From NCBI GenBank assembly GCA_041645555.1, contig JBAZPX010000001.1, positions 22,505 through 86,504 on the forward strand: a DNA stretch of 64,000 bases. Direction: 5' to 3'. The position numbers were made by a program, and so were the translations under genes. Below are positions 25,383 to 37,500 of this stretch, piece after piece (the stretch's first letter is position 1; each line of letters starts with the position of its first letter). The stretch comes from Patescibacteria group bacterium. Its GTDB lineage: Bacteria > Patescibacteriota > Patescibacteriia > Patescibacteriales > JAQTRU01. Under the pieces are notes generated by a model. That model worked only from the letters and a program-made list of their open reading frames with translations, was not told the origin of the DNA and did no database searches.

Positions 25383-26750
25383 ATGCCAAGAAGAAAAAAT
25401 ATAAGATTTCAAAATCCAAAAATTAAAGAGGTTAAGGAAAAAGAAAAAAGTGCCGGTGTTTTATTTTCCCGCCTGAAAGGAATGAAAGACATTCTTTTTG
25501 ACGAATATAAATATTGGGATTTGGTGATAAAGAAGGCGACGGAACTGGCCCGGGCGTATGGTTTTCGAAGAATTGAAACTCCGGTTCTGGAAAATACGAA
25601 ATTATACGAAAGGTCAACCGGCAAGAGCAGCGATATTGTCACTAAGGAAATGTACACTTTTATTGACAAAAACGGAGAGAAAATATCTCTGCGTCCGGAA
25701 GCCACGCCCAGCCTGGTAAGAGCTTATATTGAGCACGGGATGTTTAATCTGCCCCAGCCGGTTAAGATGTTTTGGCTGGGCCCGATTTTCAGGCACGATA
25801 AACCGCAGGCCGGCCGGTATCGTCAGGCTACTCAGTTTGATTTGGAAATATTCGGCGAAGAAGCGCCGGTAGCTGATGTTTTATTGATTTTGCTGGCTTA
25901 TAATTTCTTTTGCGAGTTGCAAGTTAATGTCCAGATTCAGATTAACAGCATTGGTTGTGAAGAATGCCGCAAAGAATATTTGGTGAAACTTCTTGAATTC
26001 TATAAAGAAAGGGGAAGAAGGTCTAAATTATGCGGCGATTGCAAGAAGAGATTGGTGAGAAATCCTTTACGGCTTCTGGACTGCAAAGAGGAAAAATGTC
26101 TGGAAGCCAGAGAAGAAGCCCCGCAAATAGTAGATTATTTATGTGATAGCTGCCGAGAGCATTTTATCAAAGTTTTGGAATATTTAGATGAACTGGATAT
26201 TAATTATAATTTAAATCCATACTTGGTGAGGGGGCTTGATTATTATAACCGGACGGTATTTGAAATTTGGGCAATTGAAGGAGAGGGGGCGACGCAGGGA
26301 AAACTGGCTTTGGGCGGCGGCGGCCGATATGACGGTTTAGTGAAATATATGGGCGGCCGGCCGACACCAGCCTGCGGGTTTGCAATAGGGATAGAGAGGA
26401 CAATTACAAAAATAAGAGAGAAAAATATTCCTTTAAAAAACGAAGAAGGCGATCTGATATTTCTCGCCCAGTTAGGAGAGCAAGCCAGGCGGAAAGCTTT
26501 TGCCATATTTGAAGAATTGCGCCGGGCCGGATTTAAAGTAAGGCAGGCTTTTACTAAAGATAGTTTAAAAGTTCAACTGGAAGAAGCCAACCGGATTGGA
26601 GCAAAGTTTAGCCTTATTTTGGGGCAGAAAGAAGTGATGGACGGGACTATTTTATTCCGAGATATGGATTCCGGGATTCAGGAGATTGTCAACCAGAAGA
26701 AAATAAAAGAGGATATAGAAAAAAAATTAAATTTAAATAAAGGAAAATAA
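25383..26750 (+). CDS. hisS: histidine--tRNA ligase
   Basis: GMKDILFDE, LRPEATPS, GPIFRHDKPQAGRYRQ and GGGGRYDGL, with a Cys-rich insertion domain. Confidence 0.93.
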   Translation: MPRRKNIRFQNPKIKEVKEKEKSAGVLFSRLKGMKDILFDEYKYWDLVIKKATELARAYGFRRIETPVLENTKLYERSTGKSSDIVTKEMYTFIDKNGEKISLRPEATPSLVRAYIEHGMFNLPQPVKMFWLGPIFRHDKPQAGRYRQATQFDLEIFGEEAPVADVLLILLAYNFFCELQVNVQIQINSIGCEECRKEYLVKLLEFYKERGRRSKLCGDCKKRLVRNPLRLLDCKEEKCLEAREEAPQIVDYLCDSCREHFIKVLEYLDELDINYNLNPYLVRGLDYYNRTVFEIWAIEGEGATQGKLALGGGGRYDGLVKYMGGRPTPACGFAIGIERTITKIREKNIPLKNEEGDLIFLAQLGEQARRKAFAIFEELRRAGFKVRQAFTKDSLKVQLEEANRIGAKFSLILGQKEVMDGTILFRDMDSGIQEIVNQKKIKEDIEKKLNLNKGK

Positions 26751-26787
26751 TAATCCCGAGCACTCGGGACTAGAACGGAGGTGTAAG

Positions 26788-27027
26788 GTGGCTGAATTTA
26801 AAAGAAAAAAGGGAGAAAGCTTTGAAAGTTTCTTAAGGAGATTTAATAAGGGTTTGAAACAGAGCGGTCGTCTTTTTGTTGCCCGCAAAAAACAGCATTT
26901 GGAACCGAGAAAAAATAAAAGGCAGCAGAAAGAGTATGCTTTGTCTAGTCTGCGCTTAAGAAAGGAAAAAGATTTTTTAAGGAAGACCGGGAAATTGGTT
27001 GAAGATAATTTTAAGAGAAGAGGATAA
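26788..27027 (+). CDS. rpsU: 30S ribosomal protein S21
   Basis: GTG start preceded by GGAGGTG. GESFESFLRRFNKGLKQSGRL...ARKKQHLEPRKNKRQQK matches the S21 pattern. Confidence 0.75.
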   Translation: MAEFKRKKGESFESFLRRFNKGLKQSGRLFVARKKQHLEPRKNKRQQKEYALSSLRLRKEKDFLRKTGKLVEDNFKRRG

Positions 27028-27054
27028 CTTATTTAAGAAAAATTATTTAAGTTT

Positions 27055-27525
27055 ATGCCTAGCCTATCGGAAAAAATTAATATAGACCTAAAAAGGGCCA
27101 TGCAGGGAAAGAATGAACTAACCATTTCTGTTTTGCGTATGCTTATTAGCGCCATCCGGAATAAAGAAATATCTTTGCGTCAGGGCGAAAAGATAGAATT
27201 GGCCGAGGAGCAAATTATTGAAGTTATAAAGTCTGAAATTAAGAAACGAAAAGATTCGGTTGAAGCTTATAGAGCGGGTAGCCGGCCGGATTTAGCCGAT
27301 AAAGAGAAAAAAGAAGAAGAAATTTTAGAGGCATATTTGCCACCGCAGATTGCTGACGGGGAACTAGAGAAAATCACCAGGGAAACCATTGCTTCGCTCG
27401 GAGAAGTTAGCCAGAAAGACTTCGGGAGAATAATGGGCCAGGTGATGGCTAAAGTCAAGGGCCAGACCGACGGAAATAAGGTAAGCGAAATAGTTAAGAA
27501 AATTTTAGGGGAGGATAAAAAATAA
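27055..27525 (+). CDS. GatB/YqeY domain-containing protein
   Basis: 156 aa with the YqeY-like pattern (IDLKRAMQ..., AYRAGSRPDLADKEKKE, EAYLP). Confidence 0.75.
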   Translation: MPSLSEKINIDLKRAMQGKNELTISVLRMLISAIRNKEISLRQGEKIELAEEQIIEVIKSEIKKRKDSVEAYRAGSRPDLADKEKKEEEILEAYLPPQIADGELEKITRETIASLGEVSQKDFGRIMGQVMAKVKGQTDGNKVSEIVKKILGEDKK

Positions 27526-27542
27526 TTTTGGTTTTAGGTAAT

Positions 27543-27586
27543 AAAAAAAGAAGGCGAGAATTTCTAATCCCGCCTTCTTTTTTTAT
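27543..27586. terminator. bidirectional intrinsic terminator
   Basis: agaaggcg / cgccttct stem flanked by an A-run and a T-run, between the convergent yqeY-like gene (+) and rel (-). Confidence 0.7.
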
Positions 27587-27587
27587 T

Positions 27588-29045
27588 TTAAAACTTTGGG
27601 AAAAAATTTTTAAGATTCTCTAAAGGATTTTTGGAATAATGCTTTATTTTATTGCGGGCGCTGGCGGTTTTAACGTATTTAAGCCAGGCTCGGTTCGGCC
27701 CTTTGCGGTTTTTTTCTATAATAATCTCCACTAAATCGCCGCTTTTTAATTCCTGGTCCAGGCTGGCGATTTTATCATTAATTATGGCTCCGACCGCCTT
27801 ATTGCCCACCTCCGAATGGACGGCATAGGCGTAATCGATCGGAGTGGATTTTTCCGGGAGTTCAAAGACATCGCCCTTGGGGGAAAAAACAAAAATCCGG
27901 TTGCTAAAAATATCAAACTTTATTTTTTTTATAAAATCGTTTGTATCCTCGGCTTCCCGCTGGATGTCTAAAATTTCTTTTATCCAGTAAGGCTGCCCCT
28001 CGTCCTTCCCGCCCCCTTTTTGCTTATAATGCCAATGGGCCGCAATTCCATAGAGGGCTTCATCATTCATTTCCTTGGTTCTAATCTGGAATTCTGTCGC
28101 TTTGCCCTCTGGCCCGAAGATAGTGGTATGCAGGCTTTTATAGCCGTTCGGTTTTGGGGAGGCGATATAGTCTTTAAAACGGTTAGCTTTCGGTTTCCAG
28201 AGAGCATGGATGATCCCCAAGGATTTGTAGCAGTCATTAACGGTCGGGACGATAATCCGGAGAGCAAAAACATCATAGATTTCGTTGAATTGCCTGTCTT
28301 TATTCTGCATTTTCTGGTAAATGCTGTAGAGATGCTTAAATCGGCTCTCTATTTCATATTTAATGTCCGCTTCATCCAATTTTTTCTTTAAGATATTTTT
28401 TATTTTTTGGATATACTGGTGGCGCTCCGCCTTTTTTTCCACTTCGTATTTGTATTCTAATTTTTTATATTCTTCCGGATAAAGATATTTAAAACAAATA
28501 TCTTCCATCTGCCATTTTAGGCTCCAGATTCCCAGTAAGCCGGCAATGGGAGCGTAAATTTCTAAAGTTTCTTTAGCGATCCGCAGGCGTTTTTCCGGAG
28601 GCAGAATTTCTAAAGTTCTTAAATTATGGAGCCGGTCGGCAAATTTAATTATGATAATCCTTAAGTCGCTCGCCATGGCTAAAAACATTTTTCTTAAACT
28701 TTCCCGGTATCTCTCAATGCCGCGGTATTTTATTTTACTTAATTTAGTAATTCCTTCGACCAAATAAGCGATTTCCTCGCCAAAATTTTTTTTAATATCA
28801 TCTAAAGTATATTCAGTGTCTTCCGGAATATCATGAAGGATGCCGGCAATAACCGTATTTAAATCCACCTTGATTTGCGCCAAAACAAAAGCGGTATGCA
28901 GGCAGTGCTCAATATAAAGTTCCCCGGTTCTTCTTTTTTGGTCGCCGTGGGCTTTAGCGGCAAAATCATAGGCCAATCTTAGCATATCCGTATCCGCTTT
29001 CGGGTTGTTTTCCCTCACTTTCTTTATTATTTGCTCAATTGTCAT
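27588..29045 (-). CDS. rel: bifunctional (p)ppGpp synthetase/hydrolase (RelA/SpoT homolog), short form ending after the TGS domain
   Basis: HD domain (HDIPEDT), synthetase domain (YKSLHTTIFG) and TGS (VFSPKGDVFELPEKSTPIDYAYAVHSEVG). At 485 aa it has no ACT-type C-terminus. Confidence 0.88.
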   Translation of the reverse strand: MTIEQIIKKVRENNPKADTDMLRLAYDFAAKAHGDQKRRTGELYIEHCLHTAFVLAQIKVDLNTVIAGILHDIPEDTEYTLDDIKKNFGEEIAYLVEGITKLSKIKYRGIERYRESLRKMFLAMASDLRIIIIKFADRLHNLRTLEILPPEKRLRIAKETLEIYAPIAGLLGIWSLKWQMEDICFKYLYPEEYKKLEYKYEVEKKAERHQYIQKIKNILKKKLDEADIKYEIESRFKHLYSIYQKMQNKDRQFNEIYDVFALRIIVPTVNDCYKSLGIIHALWKPKANRFKDYIASPKPNGYKSLHTTIFGPEGKATEFQIRTKEMNDEALYGIAAHWHYKQKGGGKDEGQPYWIKEILDIQREAEDTNDFIKKIKFDIFSNRIFVFSPKGDVFELPEKSTPIDYAYAVHSEVGNKAVGAIINDKIASLDQELKSGDLVEIIIEKNRKGPNRAWLKYVKTASARNKIKHYSKNPLENLKNFFPKF

Positions 29046-29154
29046 TTTTGTTTGCCATTTGGCTTTTATTTATGTTATAATAATATTAAATAACAAAACT
29101 GTGGAATAGTCAATCTAAAGATGAAATACTAAATTTAAAACAAAGCCTAAAAAA

Positions 29155-29289
29155 TTCCTAATTCACCTAATTTCTAATTCCTAATAAAATGTCAAATGCT
29201 AAATTTTAAAAAATATTTTTATAATTTGGCATTTTGGCATTAAGAATTTTAAATTTTATTAGTAATTAGGTGAATTAGAAATTAGAAAT
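29155..29289. repeat. large imperfect palindrome built from heptamer-like words in the divergent intergenic region
   Basis: ctaattcacctaat...ctaataaaatgtcaaatgctaaatt on one arm against aatttggcattttggcatt...attaggtgaattag on the other. Confidence 0.75.
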
Positions 29290-29297
29290 TTTAAAAA

Positions 29298-31379
29298 ATG
29301 ATGACTAAATTTAATAAAAATTTAATAGTCATAATATTTTTAATTTTTGCCAGTTTTACTGTGGCTAATTTTGTTTTTGCCCAGGTAGATTTAGGGATGG
29401 AATATGGGGCGCAAATAGGACTGTCCGACCAGGACCCGCGCATTACGATTGCCAAAGTTATCCAGGCGGCTTTGGGATTTTTAGGAATCATTGCGGTTGT
29501 TTTAATTATGTATGCCGGCTGGCTGTGGATGACTTCCGAAGGCAATGAAGAAAAAATTGAAAAAGCCAAAAGTATTTTAAAAAATGCTGTTATCGGCCTA
29601 GTAATTATTTTATCCTCTTTTGCCATTGCCAGCTTTATTTTAAATAAATTAATGGGAGCGACTGGTGGCAGGGGAGGAGGCGGAGACGGCGGCGATGGGG
29701 GAGGCCCTGGCGGCGGAGCCGGCGTGCTTGGTTCTTGCACCGTAGAAAGCGTTTATCCCGAACCGGACCGGAAAGAAGTGCCGAGAAATACTTCGATTAT
29801 CGTTACTTTTAGGGAGGAAATAGCTACTTCCACTATTTGCGCAGATACTAATGGCAATGGGCTTTTTTGCGATACCGCCGGTAACGGCGATGATATTATA
29901 ACCGACGGGAGAGTTATGATTTACAAGAGCGTTGATGGAGAAACCAGGGCGGATAAGTTTATCGGGGAAGTTAAAGTTTCCACAAAAGACAATAAGACTT
30001 TTGTTTTTACGCCGCGCGCTTATTTGGGTTCTCCGTCAGAAAGCATTTGGTACACGGTTTATCTAAGCAACGTCATAAAGAAAGTAGATGGCGGTAAAAT
30101 TTTTGATACTTGCGGCCGGGATTATCTGGAGTGGCAATTCCAGGTTAGCAACAAAATTGATTTAGAGCCCCCGCAAATAAAGGCGGCAGATAAGGGCGGA
30201 ATTTCGCCTAAGCCGGCAAGCACCAAGCCGAGAAATTCCGTTATCCAGATTAATTTTAACGAGGCCATTAACCCAATAACGGTTTCCGGGAGCGCTGAAG
30301 AAGTAAAAAATTATATAAGAATAGTAAATGCGGCCGCTTCCCCGGTTGCTTTCGACGGAGCTTGTACTAAAGACGCTGATTGTATTTCTTTTAAATGCAA
30401 TTTAAGTTCAAGAAAATGCGAAGGGACGAACGACTATTTAGAAGGAAGATTTATTGTTTCCAACCAATATCAAACGGTTGAGTTTATAAGCAACAACCAA
30501 TGCGGGGTTAATGGCTGCGGAGAGAAAATTTACTGTTTGCCGGGCGGTAGCAAGATAAAAGTGGAATTAAAAGCGGCCACTTTAATTAGCTGCGTGGATT
30601 GCGCTGCCCGTACTCCTTATAATACTTGTTCTAATGAATCCGTGCCAGAAAACGGTCATTGCCGAGACAAGGATGGGAAAAATTATCCGGCTTCGGATAC
30701 TGGTTTGCTGGACGGAGTAATGGATGTCGCTTTTAACTCTTTAGACGGCAACCGGGTTAAGGGCGCTGAAGGGCCGGTTACTTATTATGAGGAAAAGGAG
30801 AGCCCGGATACTGCCCAAGGCGATAATTATCAATGGTCTTTTTCAACCAGCGATGTAATTGATTTAAGCCCGCCGGAAATTATCGACATTTCCCAAATAA
30901 ACGCTTCTGACACAGAGCAGGATCTTTACCAAGGAGCTACCGGCGCTCATCTGGCTAATCCGATTTTAATTACTTTTGATAAGTTAATGATGTCTTCCAG
31001 CTTAATGCCGGGCAGTATTACGGTAAATAACGGACAGGAGGACGGGGATGTTATACATAAACGGATTAATTTAATTTCTGCAAAATCCACCCTTGATCCT
31101 CCTAAGCCAGATCCGGTATTGCCCGGATATCAGATAGGGAAAGAAGACATCCCTGAGGTTGGTCCTACCCAGACCCAGGCAGAGATAACGCATTCTATGT
31201 TTGGAGACTCAATTAAATATCGGGTCCAAGTGGGGTCAGGAGTAAAAGACTGGCTTCAGAATTGCTTTAAGCCGAGCGTCGGGCCGGGTTGCGCCGGGGC
31301 TCCTTCTTGCTGTCCGGACGCGGGGACGGCCATGAAGCCGGCCAGTACGCTTTCTGCAGACGGAAATTGCCTCCCATAG
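29298..31379 (+). CDS. surface protein: T4SS-pilin-like (VirB2/TrbC-type) two-TM N-terminal module, Gly-rich linker and SbsA/Big_5-like Ig domains with Cys-rich inserts
   Basis: Signal peptide ...FVFAQ, then ALGFLGIIAVVLIMYAGWLWMTSEGNEEKIEKAKSILKNAVIGLVIILSSFAIASFIL. The G/D linker is GGRGGGGDGGDGGGPGGGAG. Repeated V.S..P......VPRN..I.V.F..I-type Ig starts. Confidence 0.8.
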   Translation: MMTKFNKNLIVIIFLIFASFTVANFVFAQVDLGMEYGAQIGLSDQDPRITIAKVIQAALGFLGIIAVVLIMYAGWLWMTSEGNEEKIEKAKSILKNAVIGLVIILSSFAIASFILNKLMGATGGRGGGGDGGDGGGPGGGAGVLGSCTVESVYPEPDRKEVPRNTSIIVTFREEIATSTICADTNGNGLFCDTAGNGDDIITDGRVMIYKSVDGETRADKFIGEVKVSTKDNKTFVFTPRAYLGSPSESIWYTVYLSNVIKKVDGGKIFDTCGRDYLEWQFQVSNKIDLEPPQIKAADKGGISPKPASTKPRNSVIQINFNEAINPITVSGSAEEVKNYIRIVNAAASPVAFDGACTKDADCISFKCNLSSRKCEGTNDYLEGRFIVSNQYQTVEFISNNQCGVNGCGEKIYCLPGGSKIKVELKAATLISCVDCAARTPYNTCSNESVPENGHCRDKDGKNYPASDTGLLDGVMDVAFNSLDGNRVKGAEGPVTYYEEKESPDTAQGDNYQWSFSTSDVIDLSPPEIIDISQINASDTEQDLYQGATGAHLANPILITFDKLMMSSSLMPGSITVNNGQEDGDVIHKRINLISAKSTLDPPKPDPVLPGYQIGKEDIPEVGPTQTQAEITHSMFGDSIKYRVQVGSGVKDWLQNCFKPSVGPGCAGAPSCCPDAGTAMKPASTLSADGNCLP

Positions 31380-31410
31380 AATTTGATTCTAAACAATGGC
31401 ATTGTTTTTT

Positions 31411-31463
31411 GTCATTGCGAGGACCCCGTCCCGCTTTGGTGGGACGGGAGACGAAGCAATCTC
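31411..31463. repeat. third copy of the 'gtcattgcgagga...cgaagcaatctc' element
   Basis: Same termini as 16517-16559, but the internal hairpin differs (ccccgtcccgctttggtgggacgggag). Confidence 0.8.
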
Positions 31464-31570
31464 ACGAACTGAAAATTCTAGCTTAAATATTACTACTTTG
31501 TATTAATTTTTTATTCTGAAATACAAGGACTTAGTCGCCTCCATGACGACTAAGTCCCAGAACTCCCTTT

Positions 31571-34500
31571 ATGTCTAAGTTCAGGAAAAATTTAATAGTG
31601 ATAGTGTTTTTGATTATAGCCGGTTTTGTAACGGTTAATTTTGCTTTGGCGCAAGGCCTTGACGTTGGGATGGAATACGGGGAGCAAATAGGATTAGGCA
31701 GCGCTGACCCGCGAATAATGGCGGCTAATGTTATTAGAATTGCTTTAGGATTTTTAGGAATTATTGCGGTTGGTTTGATTATTTACGCCGGCTGGCTTTA
31801 TATGACCGCGGCCGGGCAGGAGGAAAAAATTGAAAAGGCTAAGAAAATTTTAATCAACGCGATCATCGGTTTAGTTATTATTTTATCAGCTTTTGCCATT
31901 GCCAGTTTTGTTTTAAACAGGTTTCTGGAAGCCACCACTCCCGGGGTTGATCTTAGCGGCGACGGCACGGATGATGACTGGAGCACGCCCGACGCTAGCT
32001 CCAATGAATTTTTTGTCAGTTCTATTTCGCCGTCTGGGGGTAATGTTATTAGGAATGCAAAAATAAGATTTAATTTTAATAAAACAGTTGACGCTACAAC
32101 CGTGAAGGAACTCACTTTAATCGTAAATGACAGTGAAGGTTCGGTTGCTGGCGCCCGGACAGTAAACGGCAGAACAATTGAGTTCGTGCCCGATTCTCCC
32201 TGCCCTGATAATCCATGCGGGGCAAAAAATTGTTTCACAAATGGTTTAGCTGTAACGGTAGAAGTGGTAAGTGGTGCGGGCGGAATTTTAAGTGTTGATG
32301 GAAAGGAAATAAATTGCAGCCTTGGCGCTACGTGTAAAATTGGTTTTACAGTTGGCAATGTTATTGATTGTGAAGACCCCACCGTGAACCTTTCTTTTGA
32401 TAACGGGCAGGTATGCGTAGGCGCTAATAATATAAGTGCTAATTCCACAGATGATTCTGGGGTAGCCAGCATTGAATTTTTTGCCGATGGAATCTCACTT
32501 ATTGATACCTCCGTTGATGACTCCAATCCCAATCCAGTATTTAATCCTAGTAGTAATAGTCCCTTTTCCGCTTCGGTTATTTGGGGTAGCGGCACATATA
32601 CGGTCGGGAAAGAGGTGGTTTTTAAAGCCACAGCTTTTGATTTAGATGATCATAGTAAAAATGATGAAAAATCAACAAAATTACGGCCCGCGCATTGCTG
32701 TAATGGGACTTTGGATACAGATGCTGCCATTAAAGAAGATGGAGTAGATTGTGGGGGCAAAGATTGCGCTAGTTGCGAAGGTGCGGCTTGCGGCATTAAA
32801 ATGAGTAGTGGATGCAGTGCTGCTGATTCGAGCAATTGCGATAATAGCCGATGTTCTTCAAATTTTTGTAATTGCGGCACCTATCCGAATGTTTCTGATA
32901 GTGAAAGTTGCCAAACAAAAGGTTATACCGCGGCAGTTGCAAATAAATGCTGTGTTTGTGAAAATGCGCCCAGAATTGACTGGATAACTCCAATAGGAGG
33001 ATTTTGTAAAGGAAGTCCTGATACACCCTGTCAGAGTAATGACGATTGCACTAGTCCAGATACTTGCGATACGAATGCTCCTAATGGAGCTTTTGGCAAC
33101 TTCGTAACTATTGGCGGAAAATATTTTGGCAGTACCAAAGGAAAAGCAACTTTTCTTGGTGGCGTTGGAGATAGTGACAATAAAGAAGCCTCTTTATGTA
33201 ATGATAAAAGTTGGCAAGACGGTCAAATAACCGTCATCGTGCCCACAGGAGCGGTTAACGGGCCGATTAAAGTAACGGAAGCGGGAGCTAGCGGGTATGA
33301 AGATACTACGGACAATGAGCGGGGAGCTTTTATCCCTTCCTTTGTAGTAAATAATATAGCCCGGCCAGGAATTTGCAGTCTGGATACGAATCGCGGAATA
33401 ATGAATAAAGAAATTACTTACCAGGGCGTAAATTTATTGGCTGGCAAAGCTTATTTTGGCGCGATGGCAAAAAAAATATCCGCCTTAGATTCTAAGTTTG
33501 CCGTTGCTGATAGTGGGAAGGCCAAGGTGCCGAATATTAAGACTGGAAAAACTGCCACTTTTGTTTTAAATGACGGCCTAGCCAGCAATTACTTGGATTT
33601 TACAAAAGACCCAGAACCCTATGTCGGCCCGAAAATTGATTCTTTTGAACCCGTTTCCGGAGCGCCCGGGCAATATGTGACAATTCGCGGAAGCGGTTTT
33701 GGCGGAATGCAGGGAGCGAGTAAAGTTTATTTTGGCGATGTGGCGACCGGTAAAGAAGCTAGTTATCAGTTCCCGAAAATTTGCGCTGACAGTATTTGGA
33801 GTGATAAACAAGTGATAGTTAAAGTACCGGTTGATTCAGCAAACAGTTTTATAAATATGGAAATTGTCAGAGTCAGCGAGAAGAAAACTTATCCCATATC
33901 CTCTAAAGATCAATTTACAGTTAATAGCGCTCCCTTAACCCCGAGTTTATGTAAAATTGACCCGACGATGGGGCCAACCAATAGTTCAGTAAGTTTATGG
34001 GGAGAAAATTTTGGCGACAAAGCGACCGGTTTGGTTAGATTTTATTCCAATAGAGATAAGACGGGTATAACAGACTGGGCTATAGATAACTCTGCGAGCG
34101 GTACTATTAAACCATATAAAATTACAACTACAGTTCCCCAAGAAGCGCAAACCGGCCCTGTTCAAGTTGTTCAGGATACGCTTGTTGGCAATAGCTTAAA
34201 TTTTACAGTTGGCAGTTGCGCGAGTAATGACGACTGCGCGGGAAATGCGACTGATAAATTTTGTTGCCCAGCTGGCAGCAGCGAAGCCGGCAAATGCAAA
34301 GAAAATATAAAAGACGATTGTTATATTACTGTTGCCAGCTCGGTTTATGAGTGGGAGTTTTCTACGGGAGATAATACTCCTCCCGTTACCCCTTATTACA
34401 GTTGTCTGGGGAAGAGCAAGGCAACCGGCAAATGCGATTCTGGCGGGACTTGCCCCAATTCACCCGGCAAGTGCTCGTTTTATGGAGGGGGAGCTCAGCA

Positions 34501-37500
34501 AACAGTAGTAGATTGCAGCGATGCCTATTGTAGCAGTGTACGCGACGGATGGACTTATAATAGTGTTTTAAATAAATGTATTGATCCCGTTCAAGGCGAA
34601 TGTGATTTAAATGATCCTTCAGCTACAGACGCTTTGGGCAATAAAGTAGCGGCTTATTGCGCTAAATATAATAGCGGTAATTATTGGCATATTGATACTA
34701 AAAATTGCCCTGACGGTTGGACAAAAATTTCCGGAGATAAATGCGTTGACATGGATTCAACTTGCAGATTATGCAGCTCTAGTTCTGTTTGCCTGGACGA
34801 TAAGTCTGGCGACCCTAAAAAAGGGCTATGCGCCATTAACCAAGATATCTGTCCAAGCGGTTATACTTGCAACGCCACTAGTAATAAATGTGAATTAAAA
34901 GACTGCGGCGATGGATATTGCAATGACGTACGCGCTGATTGTGATTCTAGATGTACTTACAATAGTACTTTAAATAAATGTGCTACTACTGACATCTGCG
35001 ATTTAAACGATCCCCTTTTAACTAAAGATATTGAAGGCAAGAAAATAGTGGCTTATTGCGCTGAATATAGCAGTATTGGCCGCTGGCACATTGATACTAA
35101 ATTAAATTGCCCTTCTTCTGACTGGACAAAAATTGGCGATAAATGCGTTAATACAAAGTTAAACTGCGGAGTATGCGGCTCTGGTTTTGCTTGCCTGGAC
35201 GACAAGTCTGGCGACCATAAAAAAGGGCTATGCGCCATTAACCAGGATGTCTGCCCGGGCGGTTTCACTTGCAACGCTACTAGTAATAAATGCGTACCAA
35301 CTAATACGACAGGTTGTGAATGTTGCTGTCGCCTGGATAATAGCAAAGAAGATTGTTGCGCGCCTTTAACCTGCGAGGGGAATTGCGGCAGCGATGTTTC
35401 CGGCACAGATACTGATACTTATGGGCGTTGTTCTGGTTGCGCTAACGTCAGCACAGATCAGACATTACGTGATGCGGCTTGCAATTGCGCAGGACATAGC
35501 GGAAAAATTTGCGATGCCAGTGCCCCGGGCGGTGTTTGCCGAGATTGCGAGGGGCTGTCTAAAACAGAGTGTTCATCTCATTCTACTTGTTGTGTTGATG
35601 CTATGAATGGAGAAATCTGCCGAGGCGGGACAGGCAATCCCAGTATAATTGATTATGATAATTTAGCTTATTGCGAATATTATCAATGCGAGGCCAGCGG
35701 TGATGCTTGCGATCCAACCAATAATCCGGTAGCCAGTTCAACCAGAAGTGTTTACGGAACAGAAATAGAATGCGGAGAAAAATGTTCAGGAGTAAGCCGG
35801 CCGGGTGAAACATGTTTGGCAGAAAGCGCTCCCTCAACCTGCAGTTCGGTTTATGGCAGTTGCGGAACCGGTTACGGTTGTATGGCAACGACTGATGATG
35901 TTTGCGGTACCTGCTGTTGCAACCCGAAGACGCCAGAGGTTAATCCCAATGGTTTAATTTGCGTTCCGAACAAATTGCCTTGTACTAGCGACACTGGCGA
36001 CCGCGGACTTTATTGCGGCTGTCAAGAAGACAAGGATTGCGGTTCGGAAGAATCAGCCGGCTGCTCTTCTGATACCTGCTGCCGGACAAAGCCAACAGTT
36101 TTAAACACTTATCCTGCGGACACCGGCGTTTGCCGCAACACTTTGATTTCCGCTTCTTTTGATCAAAAAATGGATATCGCGAGTTTCTCCGGCAATATAG
36201 TCGTGGTAGGAGATTATGAGGATAGCGTTTGCCCAACTGGCACCCAATATTTAGCTTTAAATAAGGGAGCGGTCGTCAAAAAGAATATAGCCGCCAGTTT
36301 TTATCAGAAAATTTTATCAATTCTGGCTAAAGCCGTACGGCCTTTATTCGGCGGGAAAGTTTTAGCCGGCACAACCGACCCAAACCATAATTATTGCTCC
36401 CTTGCCGGAAAAGTGAGCGGAATTGATAAGGCGGACGGAACCTCTGACTTAATTTTTAGTCTTAATAAGCCGTTGGACCCAACCCGGAAGTATTATGTGA
36501 TAATAAAAGGAGACGAGGGTTTTGATAGCAGCAAGGGGGTGCTTTCTAATTGGGGAATCGGCCTGAACGAAGAGGATATAGAAACTTTTAGCGGTAAAAC
36601 TTTTACCAAGGCAAAAATTTGGTCATTCACGACCGGTAATGAAATCTGCCAGTTGGAAAGCGTAAAAATAGTCCCGGAGAGCTATGTATTCCAAAAAGCC
36701 GGTGCTATTGGCAGTTGGGATTTTGAGGCCAAGCCATATTCTTCAGGCGGTCAAATTATAAATTCCGTTACTGGGTATAGCTGGGGATGGAACTGGAGCT
36801 CTGATAATGAAAAGATAGTTAGTGTTGTTAATTCTAGTAATTCTATCCAGACAGCAACAGCCCAGAATATTAAAGACGGGAAAACATTTATTAAAGCGAC
36901 CGCTACCATTACCGAAGATATAGTAAATACACCCAGCACTAAGGATAAGGTTAAAACCGGCCAGGCAGAAGTGTATGTGTTTTTATGTGAAAATATTTGG
37001 CCGCCGATAATTAGTGGCACTTGGGCGCCATGGCGTGATGAAGGCACGAATTGCTTATCCAGCACCGGTGATTGCGCCAATACCAATTATGAACTTTATT
37101 ACTGCCGCGATAAAGGGGCGGCTGGTTCGGCTGATGATTTGCCGGCAATTTTGAGCGACACAATTATCAGAGGAGCTAGTTTGATGTGTGTTGGCGATAC
37201 TGGGAATTGCAGTAGTTTGGGGGCTACTTGCGGCTCTTTAGGAAAATGCCAGTATGATATTTTAAAGGAAGCTTATTTCTTTAGGGAAGAGACGCCGGGC
37301 ATGGCTTCTGATGTATTATTATCAGGAGCAGCTTTGCCGCGAGGGAAAACGGTTAAACTAACTTGGCATAAACTCGGCCGATGTGATAATGGTGAAAGTT
37401 GCGGAGTTGGTTTAACCTCGCCTTGCTCTGACGGCAGCGAATGCGTAAAAGATACCAGCGTAAGCGGTTATAAAATTTATTATGGCGCAGACAGAAATAA

